Shown here piece by piece: positions 17,666 to 26,628 of a stretch of 64,000 nucleotides of DNA. Below the pieces are notes generated by a model. That model was not told the DNA's origin. It did not search any database and saw only the letters and a list, made by a program, of their open reading frames with translations. Every line of letters starts with the position of its first letter. Position 1 is the first letter of the stretch. The stretch is from a virus. The DNA is taken from the IMG/VR virus record IMGVR_UViG_3300007539_004938, positions 1 through 64,000 of that record; one strand, given 5' to 3'. The translations under genes and the position numbers were made by a program.

Positions 17666-18276
17666 TCTCCTCTATTATTTTTAATAACTTCAATATACAT
17701 ATCTTTGAGATTTACTAATCCGTCAGTTGTATGTCTTTCATAATAAAACTTGTTGATATTACCTAAAATAACTTCAATTTTATCCATGTGGATATAAGGA
17801 GAGTTTAAACTAGCACATGCATAAAAATCATGTATGCGTACATTATCATTATCATCTAAATATGCATTATGAGGATAAAAGTTCATTTTAATCATATTAT
17901 GTTTTTCTAATGCATCGAGAACATCATTTACTTTATTTGTGTAATCATTCTTCCATTTGGCTTTTTCTATTAAATGATTTAAACTTGTATCATACCATTT
18001 GAAAAATATCAGTTGTTTCTTTTTATCGATATCAATAATCTCTGGAGCAAACTTTTCTTTTTGAACATGCTCTAGCCATTTGCATTCATTTTCAAAAAAG
18101 AAATCGATATGTGCTTGGGTATATCCTGCTCTATCAAAAAAGTATCTGCGATCATATTGATATTGCATACAAAATATGCTTTTATTTGGACTAATGCGAG
18201 GAACATAAACAATGTTAGGACGTACCATTCCTCTGTTTTGATACTTATAAAATATTTGCCATTCTTCTATATTCAT
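17626..18276 (-). CDS. Protein-kinase-like fold protein (APH/Kdo-kinase-like), atypical catalytic loop
   Basis: FFENECKWL (alphaC Glu), APEIID, KMNFYPHN (aligns with HxDxxxxN), RIHDFY (aligns with DFG). Confidence 0.5.
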   Translation of the reverse strand: MNIEEWQIFYKYQNRGMVRPNIVYVPRISPNKSIFCMQYQYDRRYFFDRAGYTQAHIDFFFENECKWLEHVQKEKFAPEIIDIDKKKQLIFFKWYDTSLNHLIEKAKWKNDYTNKVNDVLDALEKHNMIKMNFYPHNAYLDDNDNVRIHDFYACASLNSPYIHMDKIEVILGNINKFYYERHTTDGLVNLKDMYIEVIKNNRGEWPVCLTTNLQTY

Positions 18277-19235
18277 AATCGTTCTTTTGGTATAATAATA
18301 TCAGTTCCGCAATGACAATGCTCTTTACTACATATAACAGGTCTTGTAGTAAATTGCAAGTCTTTATCTAAAATATTTCCATGATTTCTTCCAACACCGC
18401 AACTTGCACTTGATATTTCTCCTCTTGGATTAATAAAAAGAGCATCATCTACAAAACATTTCCAGCCTTTAAAAAAGTTTTGTCGGGCAGCAATAATCTT
18501 GTTACTGTTAATAGGTTCAATAGTATCAGTATAATGTGCCATGCTTACAGCTTTGTTTGGATTGTAAGGCTTGGGAAGTTTTTCAACAGTTTCAAACTGT
18601 GCTTCTTCTAAAAACTTTACTTTTTCAGGATCACTGTACTCCCAAGGTCCTGCATTCACACTCATTTCATCAAACAGAGGTGTCCATTCTAAGTTATAGT
18701 TTGGTACTTCTTCTCTTACCCGATTTCCAAACTCAACAATCTCCCAAAAGCGTTCTTCGTGCATCAGCATTTTTGTACACAAATAGTTTACTTTGTCGCA
18801 CAAAAACTTTGCGTTTTCAATATACCTTTCTTTCTTACTAAACTCTACATGAAAACTTGCAACAATGTCATTAAACAAATGATAATGTTGCTCCCAATAT
18901 TTTTTTGGTCTACTAAGATTTGTGTTTACACTAACTGTTAAACTATCACCTAACCAATCTTTTAGGTATTCTGTAAGAGGAATAAAGTTTTCCCAATGTG
19001 TTGGTTCTCCTCCGCTGTAGAATATTTTAAAATATTTGTATCCTTTGTCTTGGTAAGTTTTAAAAATCTTTGTTACATTTTCAATATATTGATCTAGGTT
19101 ACCATTATTTCTAACATCTCCTGCCCAGTTACCTGGATTGCAATAAGTACACTGAAAGTTACAAAAGTTGTTTACTTGCCAAGTAATACAAGCATACGGT
19201 TCTGCCATAGGTGTAATTTTTAGTAACTTAGACAT
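18273..19235 (-). CDS. Radical SAM protein, subtype B (C-terminal twitch)
   Basis: CNFQCTYC, YSGGEPT, NTNL; C-terminal WKC...INPRGEISSASC...GNI...PVICSKEHCHC. Confidence 0.9.
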   Translation of the reverse strand: MSKLLKITPMAEPYACITWQVNNFCNFQCTYCNPGNWAGDVRNNGNLDQYIENVTKIFKTYQDKGYKYFKIFYSGGEPTHWENFIPLTEYLKDWLGDSLTVSVNTNLSRPKKYWEQHYHLFNDIVASFHVEFSKKERYIENAKFLCDKVNYLCTKMLMHEERFWEIVEFGNRVREEVPNYNLEWTPLFDEMSVNAGPWEYSDPEKVKFLEEAQFETVEKLPKPYNPNKAVSMAHYTDTIEPINSNKIIAARQNFFKGWKCFVDDALFINPRGEISSASCGVGRNHGNILDKDLQFTTRPVICSKEHCHCGTDIIIPKERL

Positions 19236-20511
19236 AGTTTCTTAACCATTCCATTTCAGGAAATGTGCTCCAAAAATCTTCTCCACGATATTGATCTAAT
19301 CTATGATTATTGTCAAAAAACTGCTTTAGTTTTGATTCATTTAAAGTTCCAGCGTTGAAGAACTGAATAACACTATCAATCTTTCCAATAACATCTTTGA
19401 TTATCTCAGGCTTAGCCATTGCTCGATCTTTAATTTTATCAAATGCCCATGCCTTGTAATCAATATATTTACTTCTTAGTTCTTGTTTATAATGCTCAGG
19501 TATATAATCAACTCGCATAAAATCTGGACCAGTTAACATGTTAAGTCTGCAATTTTCAATATCAACTAAACCACGCTCAACCCAGTCCATGTGAAAGTCT
19601 GGCCAGTTCCAAACATTGTACAAACTTATAGTTGGTGTTAATTCGAAATGCACATGTGGTACTTCTTCAATCATCTGTAAACGATTACGTTCAATCTGAC
19701 CCCAATCTGTTCCATGACGACTATATTCTGCTCGTGCGCCGTTGCAATCTAAACTTGCACTAACATGTATATCGTTAAACTGCTTCCAATATTCAAGAAT
19801 ACTTTTACGTTTGTACTTAAAATTACTGAAGTTTGTAGTGTAACGTAATGCTACATCAGTTTTATTAGTTTCTAACCATTTATCTAATATCTTATAATGT
19901 TCTTCGGTAATAAGTGCTTCGCCGCCTGCAAAATAAACTTCTTCGCAATCCGGCAAGTATTTTTGTAAATCTTCCCAAAAGTTATTCTTTTTTGCAATAT
20001 TAATAATAATCTCGCCATCATTATTAAGTATATTTGCAACTTCATGTTTACCATATAGTTCACCGTGTTCTTTAGCATGTAGACTGCTAAGTTCAGGACC
20101 ACAACTACGACACTTCATGTTACAAATATTACTAAATCTTACATCTAAATATACCATACGCATTTCGTCGATACTACCATCGTTGTTAGTTTGCCGCACT
20201 AAATCAAAATGTTTATCTCCATACCAATGATTGTGATTTTTACGAAGAGTCCACACATAGGTCCTATCTTCTAACTCGTAACAACGTCTACAACAATCAA
20301 GTCTTTCTCCATTTAGCATAGCAAGACGCAGTTCTTTATATCTATCACTGTTCCACGCTTCTTCGATACTACTTTGTTTTAAGTTAGCAAAAGGCTGATC
20401 GCTGTCTGCAATACAACAAGGCATAACTCTGCCATCAGGCCAGGCATGCATATGAATCCATGGTAAAATGCAAAATGCTTTGTTTTCTTTTAATAAATGT
20501 TCTTTATCCAT
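19228..20511 (-). CDS. N-terminal-twitch radical SAM protein (subtype A)
   Basis: FCILPW...DGRVMPCC...CCRRC; CNMKCRSC; FAGGEA; YTTN; LDQYRG...FPEM. Confidence 0.9.
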   Translation of the reverse strand: MDKEHLLKENKAFCILPWIHMHAWPDGRVMPCCIADSDQPFANLKQSSIEEAWNSDRYKELRLAMLNGERLDCCRRCYELEDRTYVWTLRKNHNHWYGDKHFDLVRQTNNDGSIDEMRMVYLDVRFSNICNMKCRSCGPELSSLHAKEHGELYGKHEVANILNNDGEIIINIAKKNNFWEDLQKYLPDCEEVYFAGGEALITEEHYKILDKWLETNKTDVALRYTTNFSNFKYKRKSILEYWKQFNDIHVSASLDCNGARAEYSRHGTDWGQIERNRLQMIEEVPHVHFELTPTISLYNVWNWPDFHMDWVERGLVDIENCRLNMLTGPDFMRVDYIPEHYKQELRSKYIDYKAWAFDKIKDRAMAKPEIIKDVIGKIDSVIQFFNAGTLNESKLKQFFDNNHRLDQYRGEDFWSTFPEMEWLRNYV

Positions 20512-21733
20512 CCATCATCTCCGCAAGTTCTGGAAAAGTTTGACAAAAGTCTTCATTTCTTATCTCGTCACGTCTTTGTATATGATGTTGAAACTGTTGT
20601 TTTTCATTGTCCCAAGTGTCTTGTTCATTTGCAAAATTCATTGCATCCTTAACGTGTAGAGATGGCCACCATCCATCTTTACTCATAAAGTCGTAAAGTT
20701 TTTGATTGTTACTATTACCAATTTCTTTTAGACTTACTGGCAATGCATGAGCACAAAAATAAGAAGGTGTTATTGCTCTATATATACTAATACTATCTTT
20801 ATGTCTAAATAAATCTTTGTTCATTAAGTATGTAAAAAAATCAGCCAAAGTTCTATAATTAAATACACTTAGTACTGTGTTAAACTGGTAATCAATGTAA
20901 TCTAAATTCCTAATACTTTTTAAGTTTTCTTCAACAACAGCCCAATCTGTTCCATGCCTCAAATATTCAGCACGTTTTCCATAGTGATCTAAACTAGCAC
21001 TTATTTCTACTTTTTTAAATCTACTCCATAAATCTAATATATCATATTTTTTATATTTGAAGTTGCTCATGTTAGTATTATATCGCAAAGTGATTTGTTT
21101 ATTATATCCACCTTGTATCATTTCTTCAAGTATTTGATAATGTTCGTCTGTAATCAACGGTTCGCCACCGGCAAAATATGCCATGTCCATATGACATACT
21201 TGAGATTTTATTTCTTCTAAAAGTTTACCAGATGAATCGGCGTGATTGATTATTCTATAGTTAGGCGGAACATGATCATGCTGTTTCATTTCTTGCGCCC
21301 ATTGACTACTAAACTCTGCACCGCAGGTCCTACATTTAAAGTTGCAAATATTACTAAATCTAACATCAAAGTAACGCATTTTGAAATCTGCAACAGTTCC
21401 ATCGTCTTCAGTAGTTGGAACTACTTCGTCAAAATATTTACTAAAGTTTTCTAAACTATATGTTCTAAAACTAAAAGGACTGCTTTTTTCATGTTTGTAA
21501 CAATATTCACAAATACTGCTTTTTTCATCATTAAGCATTCTCAAGCGTAGTTCACGCATAAGTTTATCATTAAATATTTCAGACAAAGGTTTGTTTTTTA
21601 CATTATCAAAAGGATCAGTATAATCACTGCTACAACAGGGATAAACATCACCCTTTGGGGTAACGTTTAAATGTATCCACGGAAACATGCAAAATGTTTT
21701 ACTATTTAATAACTTTTCTTTGTCAAAATCCAT
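20504..21733 (-). CDS. N-terminal-twitch radical SAM protein (subtype A; tandem paralogue of 19228..20511)
   Basis: FCMFPW...KGDVYPCC...ICEYC; CNFKCRTC; FAGGEP; YNTN. Shares DVRFSNICN and RHGTDW with its neighbour. Start MDFDK at 21733. Confidence 0.9.
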   Translation of the reverse strand: MDFDKEKLLNSKTFCMFPWIHLNVTPKGDVYPCCSSDYTDPFDNVKNKPLSEIFNDKLMRELRLRMLNDEKSSICEYCYKHEKSSPFSFRTYSLENFSKYFDEVVPTTEDDGTVADFKMRYFDVRFSNICNFKCRTCGAEFSSQWAQEMKQHDHVPPNYRIINHADSSGKLLEEIKSQVCHMDMAYFAGGEPLITDEHYQILEEMIQGGYNKQITLRYNTNMSNFKYKKYDILDLWSRFKKVEISASLDHYGKRAEYLRHGTDWAVVEENLKSIRNLDYIDYQFNTVLSVFNYRTLADFFTYLMNKDLFRHKDSISIYRAITPSYFCAHALPVSLKEIGNSNNQKLYDFMSKDGWWPSLHVKDAMNFANEQDTWDNEKQQFQHHIQRRDEIRNEDFCQTFPELAEMMDG

Positions 21734-23105
21734 TTGCTTCCTTACATAGGTCAAAGAAATCATTCATTTCAGGAAAGGTAGATTCAAAATCTACGTTACG
21801 TCTACGATCTTGTTCTTTAAAAAAGTTCCAAAAATCTCGACGACCTTCTCTAACTCTATCAGGAGTATATTCTGTAGACCTCATGTAATCAACTACACGA
21901 CGAAACTTTTCGTACTCTAATTCACTAAAATGATTTTTACTACCTTCTTGTACATTTTCTCTAATAAACTGTAAATGTTTTTCCATATAGGGCAGGTACT
22001 GCTCTTTAGGCAAAATATTTATATCATATTGCAACGGCTCTTTTAGATATGGTGTATCAAAATGAATACGTTGCCATCTGCCACTGTTTACATCATTATA
22101 CTTACGGCGCCATTCTAGCATTTTTTCTAGTAAAGTTTCAAACGTAGTTACACTAAACAAACTAAACGTAATCATAAATGTTACAGGCGCAGTGGTATTA
22201 CGCATAAAGTAATCTAAGTTACGTTCAAACACTTCTAAGTCTAAACCGTCTCTAATATATTCTGCACGAGGCCCCCAAGTATCAATGCTGCTGAATAACT
22301 TAAACTGTTTAATTTTATTTTGACTTAACAAACTGTTTACACTATCAGTAAACTTTTCTAGTTGTTTTTCTTTGCCGCCAAGATTACTGTTCACATTTAG
22401 TTCAAGATGTGGCTTTGGATCTTTTTCAAGTTCTTCAAACAGTCTATATGTGCTTTTTTGTATTGTAGGCTCTCCGCCAGTAACACGTAAAATGTTTAGT
22501 GTCTTGCTAACTTCAGGCCACCATTTCCACCAAGCACGTAAGTAAGGATTTTTATCTTCTTCGTATATACGAAACCAATCGATATCGTTTCTATGATTTT
22601 TAACCATGTTATATGGACCGTGTTGACGGATTTCATTGTAATATCTACTACTTGCTTTTGGATGACAATATCCGCAACGGAAGTTGCATTCATTACCAAA
22701 TGAAATTTCAATATACTCAGGGTTAACATTAAAATCCCAAGGATTGAACTTTACTTCTTGCAATCTTTCTTCACTGTAAATACTACCACTACGAATATGA
22801 CGGTCACTAATATAATCGTCTCCCATGTTTTCAATATTCCAGCAATAGTTACATCCGACACATTGTTTGCCTTCTAACATCTCTCTGCGTTCTTGTTTCT
22901 TTTGTTTTGTATTATGCAACGCACTAGGATTGGTTAGGAGCTCGTCAACATCAATTTGATGAGGAGCAGGGTGATAACAACTGTGTGTTTCACCTGTTTG
23001 CAAGTAGATAGTTGTATGGTACCATTTTGCAAAACAAAATGTAGGAGAAAAATGCCTTGTTGTAATAGCATTAATACTTTTAAGTTTATCTGTATTTTCT
23101 GACAT
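21723..23105 (-). CDS. N-terminal-twitch radical SAM protein, variant (CFAKW / SCYH)
   Basis: FCFAKW...GETHSCYH...CVGCNYC; CNFRCGYC; TGGEPT; QDRRRN...FPEM. Start MSENT at 23105. Confidence 0.88.
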   Translation of the reverse strand: MSENTDKLKSINAITTRHFSPTFCFAKWYHTTIYLQTGETHSCYHPAPHQIDVDELLTNPSALHNTKQKKQERREMLEGKQCVGCNYCWNIENMGDDYISDRHIRSGSIYSEERLQEVKFNPWDFNVNPEYIEISFGNECNFRCGYCHPKASSRYYNEIRQHGPYNMVKNHRNDIDWFRIYEEDKNPYLRAWWKWWPEVSKTLNILRVTGGEPTIQKSTYRLFEELEKDPKPHLELNVNSNLGGKEKQLEKFTDSVNSLLSQNKIKQFKLFSSIDTWGPRAEYIRDGLDLEVFERNLDYFMRNTTAPVTFMITFSLFSVTTFETLLEKMLEWRRKYNDVNSGRWQRIHFDTPYLKEPLQYDINILPKEQYLPYMEKHLQFIRENVQEGSKNHFSELEYEKFRRVVDYMRSTEYTPDRVREGRRDFWNFFKEQDRRRNVDFESTFPEMNDFFDLCKEANGF

Positions 23106-23106
23106 A

Positions 23107-24030
23107 TTATCTCTTTGCAGTTCTTGGTGGATTTGTGTACACTGTTTTGAAGAACTGACTTTGATTTCCATTAAACGGCTGAGCTGCAATAGGCAAGTCA
23201 AGTTCTTCAATCAAACTATAACCAAGCGATAATGTATTATCTTCCATTTCGTCATCATTCATTTGTTTGCTATTCCAATATTCATTAAGCCATTTAAAAT
23301 CACGAACATTAACAAAATCCCAGTCTGTACACATTGTTTTGTACAAGCCTTCTCTAGCACCATAAATAGCCCATTCACCGTTTTCAACATCGGCGCCTAC
23401 CATTAACCAAACATACAATCTATGTAGATTTTTCCAATGATTTTTATGAAAATCATCTAAACTTGGTTTCATTCCTCTGTCAAGTGCCATCTTTACACCC
23501 TCACGGAATCCAGCACGCCATGCTTGCTGTGGAGTAGCGTTATTCATTATTTCTGAATAACAACCGTTCATTTGTATATATTCAATATCCCAACAAAAAT
23601 CTACTTGTGCATGTGGATTATTAGGATCTGCATTTTCATGGGTGCGCATTTCTAAGACTTTTTTCTTTGGCCAGCATTTGATTCCACCGTTACCATATTC
23701 AAGACCGTTGATTGTATTTTTGGCACTCCAACTAATCACACACTCCTCTAAACTTACATTTCTATTCCAGTGTCCATCTTCATGGTCATCTAAGTTAAAA
23801 CTTTTTGTAAGAAAAGAAGGATTAATAATGTTATCACCATCTACTGTAATAAACCTATCAGTTTCGCTTAATTCTGCACAGGCTTTATGCGCAGCATCAC
23901 TACCTTCTACACCGTGTACACGTTTTGCCCACGGAATTTTTTTGCACAAATCTGCATAGTTTTTTTCTGCGTTTGGTTCATCATAGCTAAGATAAATGAT
24001 ATCGTAGTCTAAAACCCTAAACTCTGTCAT
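23107..24030 (-). CDS. Putative GT-A fold glycosyltransferase
   Basis: DIIYLSYDE, RVHGVEG..AAHKACA, FITVDGDN (DxD after a hydrophobic strand), AWRAGFRE. Confidence 0.6.
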   Translation of the reverse strand: MTEFRVLDYDIIYLSYDEPNAEKNYADLCKKIPWAKRVHGVEGSDAAHKACAELSETDRFITVDGDNIINPSFLTKSFNLDDHEDGHWNRNVSLEECVISWSAKNTINGLEYGNGGIKCWPKKKVLEMRTHENADPNNPHAQVDFCWDIEYIQMNGCYSEIMNNATPQQAWRAGFREGVKMALDRGMKPSLDDFHKNHWKNLHRLYVWLMVGADVENGEWAIYGAREGLYKTMCTDWDFVNVRDFKWLNEYWNSKQMNDDEMEDNTLSLGYSLIEELDLPIAAQPFNGNQSQFFKTVYTNPPRTAKR

Positions 24031-24599
24031 ACTAGTACCTCATGATAATAACTTTCAAGTCTCTTTGAAGTATACACGCTAAATGCGTCTGGGTCAAGTT
24101 CTAAATCACTGTTAAAATCAATTGTGTGTGCATCATTTATAACTGTAGAAATATCAACTACAAAAAATCTATGTAAATGATTTGGATTATTTTTTTTAGT
24201 TACACTAAATCCCATAACTTGATTAAAGTTTAGTTTATTTTGTTTAAAATTTTGTTGTATTTTTTTATCAACTGTAAAAATCCATTTTTTATTTTTTGTA
24301 TCTTGTGTTACTGTTAAATCTGGATTATCTGAGATTGTAGGTAACTTGTATATTTGATCGTTTATATTTTGCATATAAGTATCTTCATTGTATATATGTT
24401 TTAACACATGCATTTTTACTTTGCTATCAAATACCACAAGATAGTTTTTAAACTGTTCTTTACCAGTTATCAAATTTTCTACATCACTTGGATCAACTTT
24501 AATAAAGTTAGCATCATCAGGAACTCTATTATAAACTCCTAAAAGATTACCATGTTCGTCAAAAGTTACATATTTGTCTACATTCACAAATACACTCAT
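24027..24599 (-). CDS. Hypothetical protein
   Basis: 190-aa ORF coupled by 4-bp overlaps to both neighbours. Confidence 0.7.
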   Translation of the reverse strand: MSVFVNVDKYVTFDEHGNLLGVYNRVPDDANFIKVDPSDVENLITGKEQFKNYLVVFDSKVKMHVLKHIYNEDTYMQNINDQIYKLPTISDNPDLTVTQDTKNKKWIFTVDKKIQQNFKQNKLNFNQVMGFSVTKKNNPNHLHRFFVVDISTVINDAHTIDFNSDLELDPDAFSVYTSKRLESYYHEVLV

Positions 24600-25432
24600 A
24601 ATATTCCTTTTTCAAATGTTTCAATCATTTCTTGTGTTACAAAGTTTTTTTCAGTATAATGAAAAACTCCAGATTGCTTATAGTTGCCTATAAACAAATC
24701 ACAATCGGCATCTAAATATACACCAACCTTATCTTGCCACGACTCTGTTTTAATATCCCACCAATCTTGCCCATGTAACTTCATGTGTGTCAAATGAGGA
24801 AAACTTGTGTTGCTAGTAACTTGTTTTTCAATATTTAAAAGTTTTACTGCGATAGCACAACTTACATCCATACTTGGAAACTTCTGAAAGTATTTACCAC
24901 CAGCAAACTGACCATAAAATAATTCCCAGTTATTCATTACAAGTTCTAGCAACTTGAAAAAGGTGTGTGTATCATCACATTTTTTAAAATAATACAATGC
25001 ACAATATATATTTGGTAACTGATGTGTTTTAAATGAATGTCTATAGTAATCTGTATTGTATGTTGTACCTCTATATGTTTTAATATTAGAAGTAAAAAAC
25101 AGATCTTTTTTATCTAAAAACTTCCACCAATGTTCAATATTTTCTAATACTAATACATCTGTATCTAATACAAATGTTTTATCAAAAGGTGTTGCATGAT
25201 AAACTTTCCATCTATGTTCTGCAGAGAATCTAGATTCTTTTTGTTCATACCATGGTATTTCTACAATATCATCAAATACACTTTTTTGTTTAGGTGTTAT
25301 CTCGTCGTTAGTAATTAAACATACATTTGCATTTTTGTTATATTTTTTAATACTGCAAGCAGCTAAGTATGCTTGCTGTATATAATCGTGATTTTTATTT
25401 TCTGCTAATAATGTAAAATTAGCCATTATCAA
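24596..25432 (-). CDS. GT-A glycosyltransferase (GT8-like)
   Basis: LAACSIK...VCLITN...FDDIV; TPFDKTFVLDTDVL (DxD); ALYYFKK; SMD. Confidence 0.7.
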   Translation of the reverse strand: MIMANFTLLAENKNHDYIQQAYLAACSIKKYNKNANVCLITNDEITPKQKSVFDDIVEIPWYEQKESRFSAEHRWKVYHATPFDKTFVLDTDVLVLENIEHWWKFLDKKDLFFTSNIKTYRGTTYNTDYYRHSFKTHQLPNIYCALYYFKKCDDTHTFFKLLELVMNNWELFYGQFAGGKYFQKFPSMDVSCAIAVKLLNIEKQVTSNTSFPHLTHMKLHGQDWWDIKTESWQDKVGVYLDADCDLFIGNYKQSGVFHYTEKNFVTQEMIETFEKGIL

Positions 25433-26264
25433 TAATCCTATTCAAACTGTATTTGTTAATCACATGTACGTTGCTTCCTTTTATTCTTAAAGGTGTATAC
25501 TCATTACTTTCATTTCTTTTTTGTATTAAAAATAAAAAGTTATCATCTTTTAAATCTATTAAAACATCTTTGTCTGTACAATAATACATTGTACCTGGCA
25601 TTGTTCCTGCAAAGTTATTGTTTGTGTATCCATTCATAATATGTATAGCAATACTAAATGCATGATCATTTCTAAATACATTTGTGTTTAGTTTATAAAG
25701 GTTACGGTAATGTGGATAATATTCTTGTATATGCGATACTAGATCAAAAAAAGTTTTGTTAAGTTCTGTTTTTCTAAAAAATATACAAGTTGCCCAGTAA
25801 AATGTAGGCCCAATTTCACTTATAAATGTAAACTCATTTTTATCTCTCCATCCTGATAAATCAAATGCATCTTTGTATAGCAAAAGATCTTTTTGCTGTA
25901 CAAAACACTCATTTAAAATGTCATTACTAACAACAAAATCTGTATCTAGTAACAAGGTTTCGTCGTAAGGAGACAAATCATAAACACTACTTCGATTACT
26001 GTTTTTAAACTCTAGTTGTTTTTTTGCAAATATACCATCATAATATTTTTTATAGCTATATTTTTTGTCATTATCAACTTGTATTATTTTATCAAAGACA
26101 TCTACACTATTTTTGTATGTGTTATACAAGTAATCAACATTATCAGTAACTAAAGAAGTGGGCAAGTCTAAATACTTGCGCACACGTTTTGCAAGAAAAA
26201 TTGCTTGCTTTATATAATCTATTTCAGTATTATTTCGAGCTATTAAAACAACACCTTGATTCAT
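25419..26264 (-). CDS. GT-A glycosyltransferase (GT8-like), tandem paralogue
   Basis: TSLVTD...FDKII; SPYDETLLLDTDFV (DxD); TCIFFRK; RNDHAFSIA; HVINK. Confidence 0.7.
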   Translation of the reverse strand: MNQGVVLIARNNTEIDYIKQAIFLAKRVRKYLDLPTSLVTDNVDYLYNTYKNSVDVFDKIIQVDNDKKYSYKKYYDGIFAKKQLEFKNSNRSSVYDLSPYDETLLLDTDFVVSNDILNECFVQQKDLLLYKDAFDLSGWRDKNEFTFISEIGPTFYWATCIFFRKTELNKTFFDLVSHIQEYYPHYRNLYKLNTNVFRNDHAFSIAIHIMNGYTNNNFAGTMPGTMYYCTDKDVLIDLKDDNFLFLIQKRNESNEYTPLRIKGSNVHVINKYSLNRIIDNG

Positions 26265-26608
26265 ACTTCAATGATGCCCTTAACAGTTCTATTTGTTTTT
26301 AGTTTATTATATTCAGTGATATATTTATTTGCTGCTTTTGAGTACACGTTAACCATTTCACTTGCAAAAACTTTTAAATCTTCAACCTGTATTGGAATAT
26401 CGTTATCATCAATAAGTACAGTTTCCTCTTGTCCTAATGCTAACAAACTTTGACAAAAACTAACAAGTCCTGGATTAACTGTAAACTGTCCTCCATTGCA
26501 AAAATATAATAAATCATCTTGGTATTGTTCTTTCAAAACTCTTTTTGTATTATCTAAAGTAATCATATAGTTACTAAAGTCAAGAGCTTTTTCTAGTCTT
26601 TCATCCAT
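26261..26608 (-). CDS. Hypothetical protein; first gene of the GT/rSAM operon
   Basis: 115-aa ORF with AAGGAG Shine-Dalgarno, directly behind a sigma70-type promoter. Confidence 0.7.
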   Translation of the reverse strand: MDERLEKALDFSNYMITLDNTKRVLKEQYQDDLLYFCNGGQFTVNPGLVSFCQSLLALGQEETVLIDDNDIPIQVEDLKVFASEMVNVYSKAANKYITEYNKLKTNRTVKGIIEV

Positions 26609-26628
26609 TGGAGAACTCCTTTTAAAAT

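Noticed and set aside
1-26608. RiPP cluster interpretation (many SPASM/twitch rSAMs acting on a precursor peptide)
   Set aside because: Genes abut or overlap, leaving no room for a short precursor ORF, and no RRE/PqqD domain, peptidase or exporter is seen. A precursor outside the window cannot be excluded.
1-26608. Known DNA-modification or cofactor pathways (7-deazaguanine QueE/QueC/QueD, MoaA, NrdG, hmC glucosylation)
   Set aside because: None of the partner genes is recognisable here, and the rSAMs carry extra Cys domains unlike QueE or NrdG. A DNA target is disfavoured but not disproved.
1-26608. Island as a bacterial LPS/capsule locus or assembly chimera
   Set aside because: It shares late-promoter motifs, the TTGACTTT promoter type and AATT avoidance with the phage structural genes, and lacks flippase, polymerase or other membrane genes.
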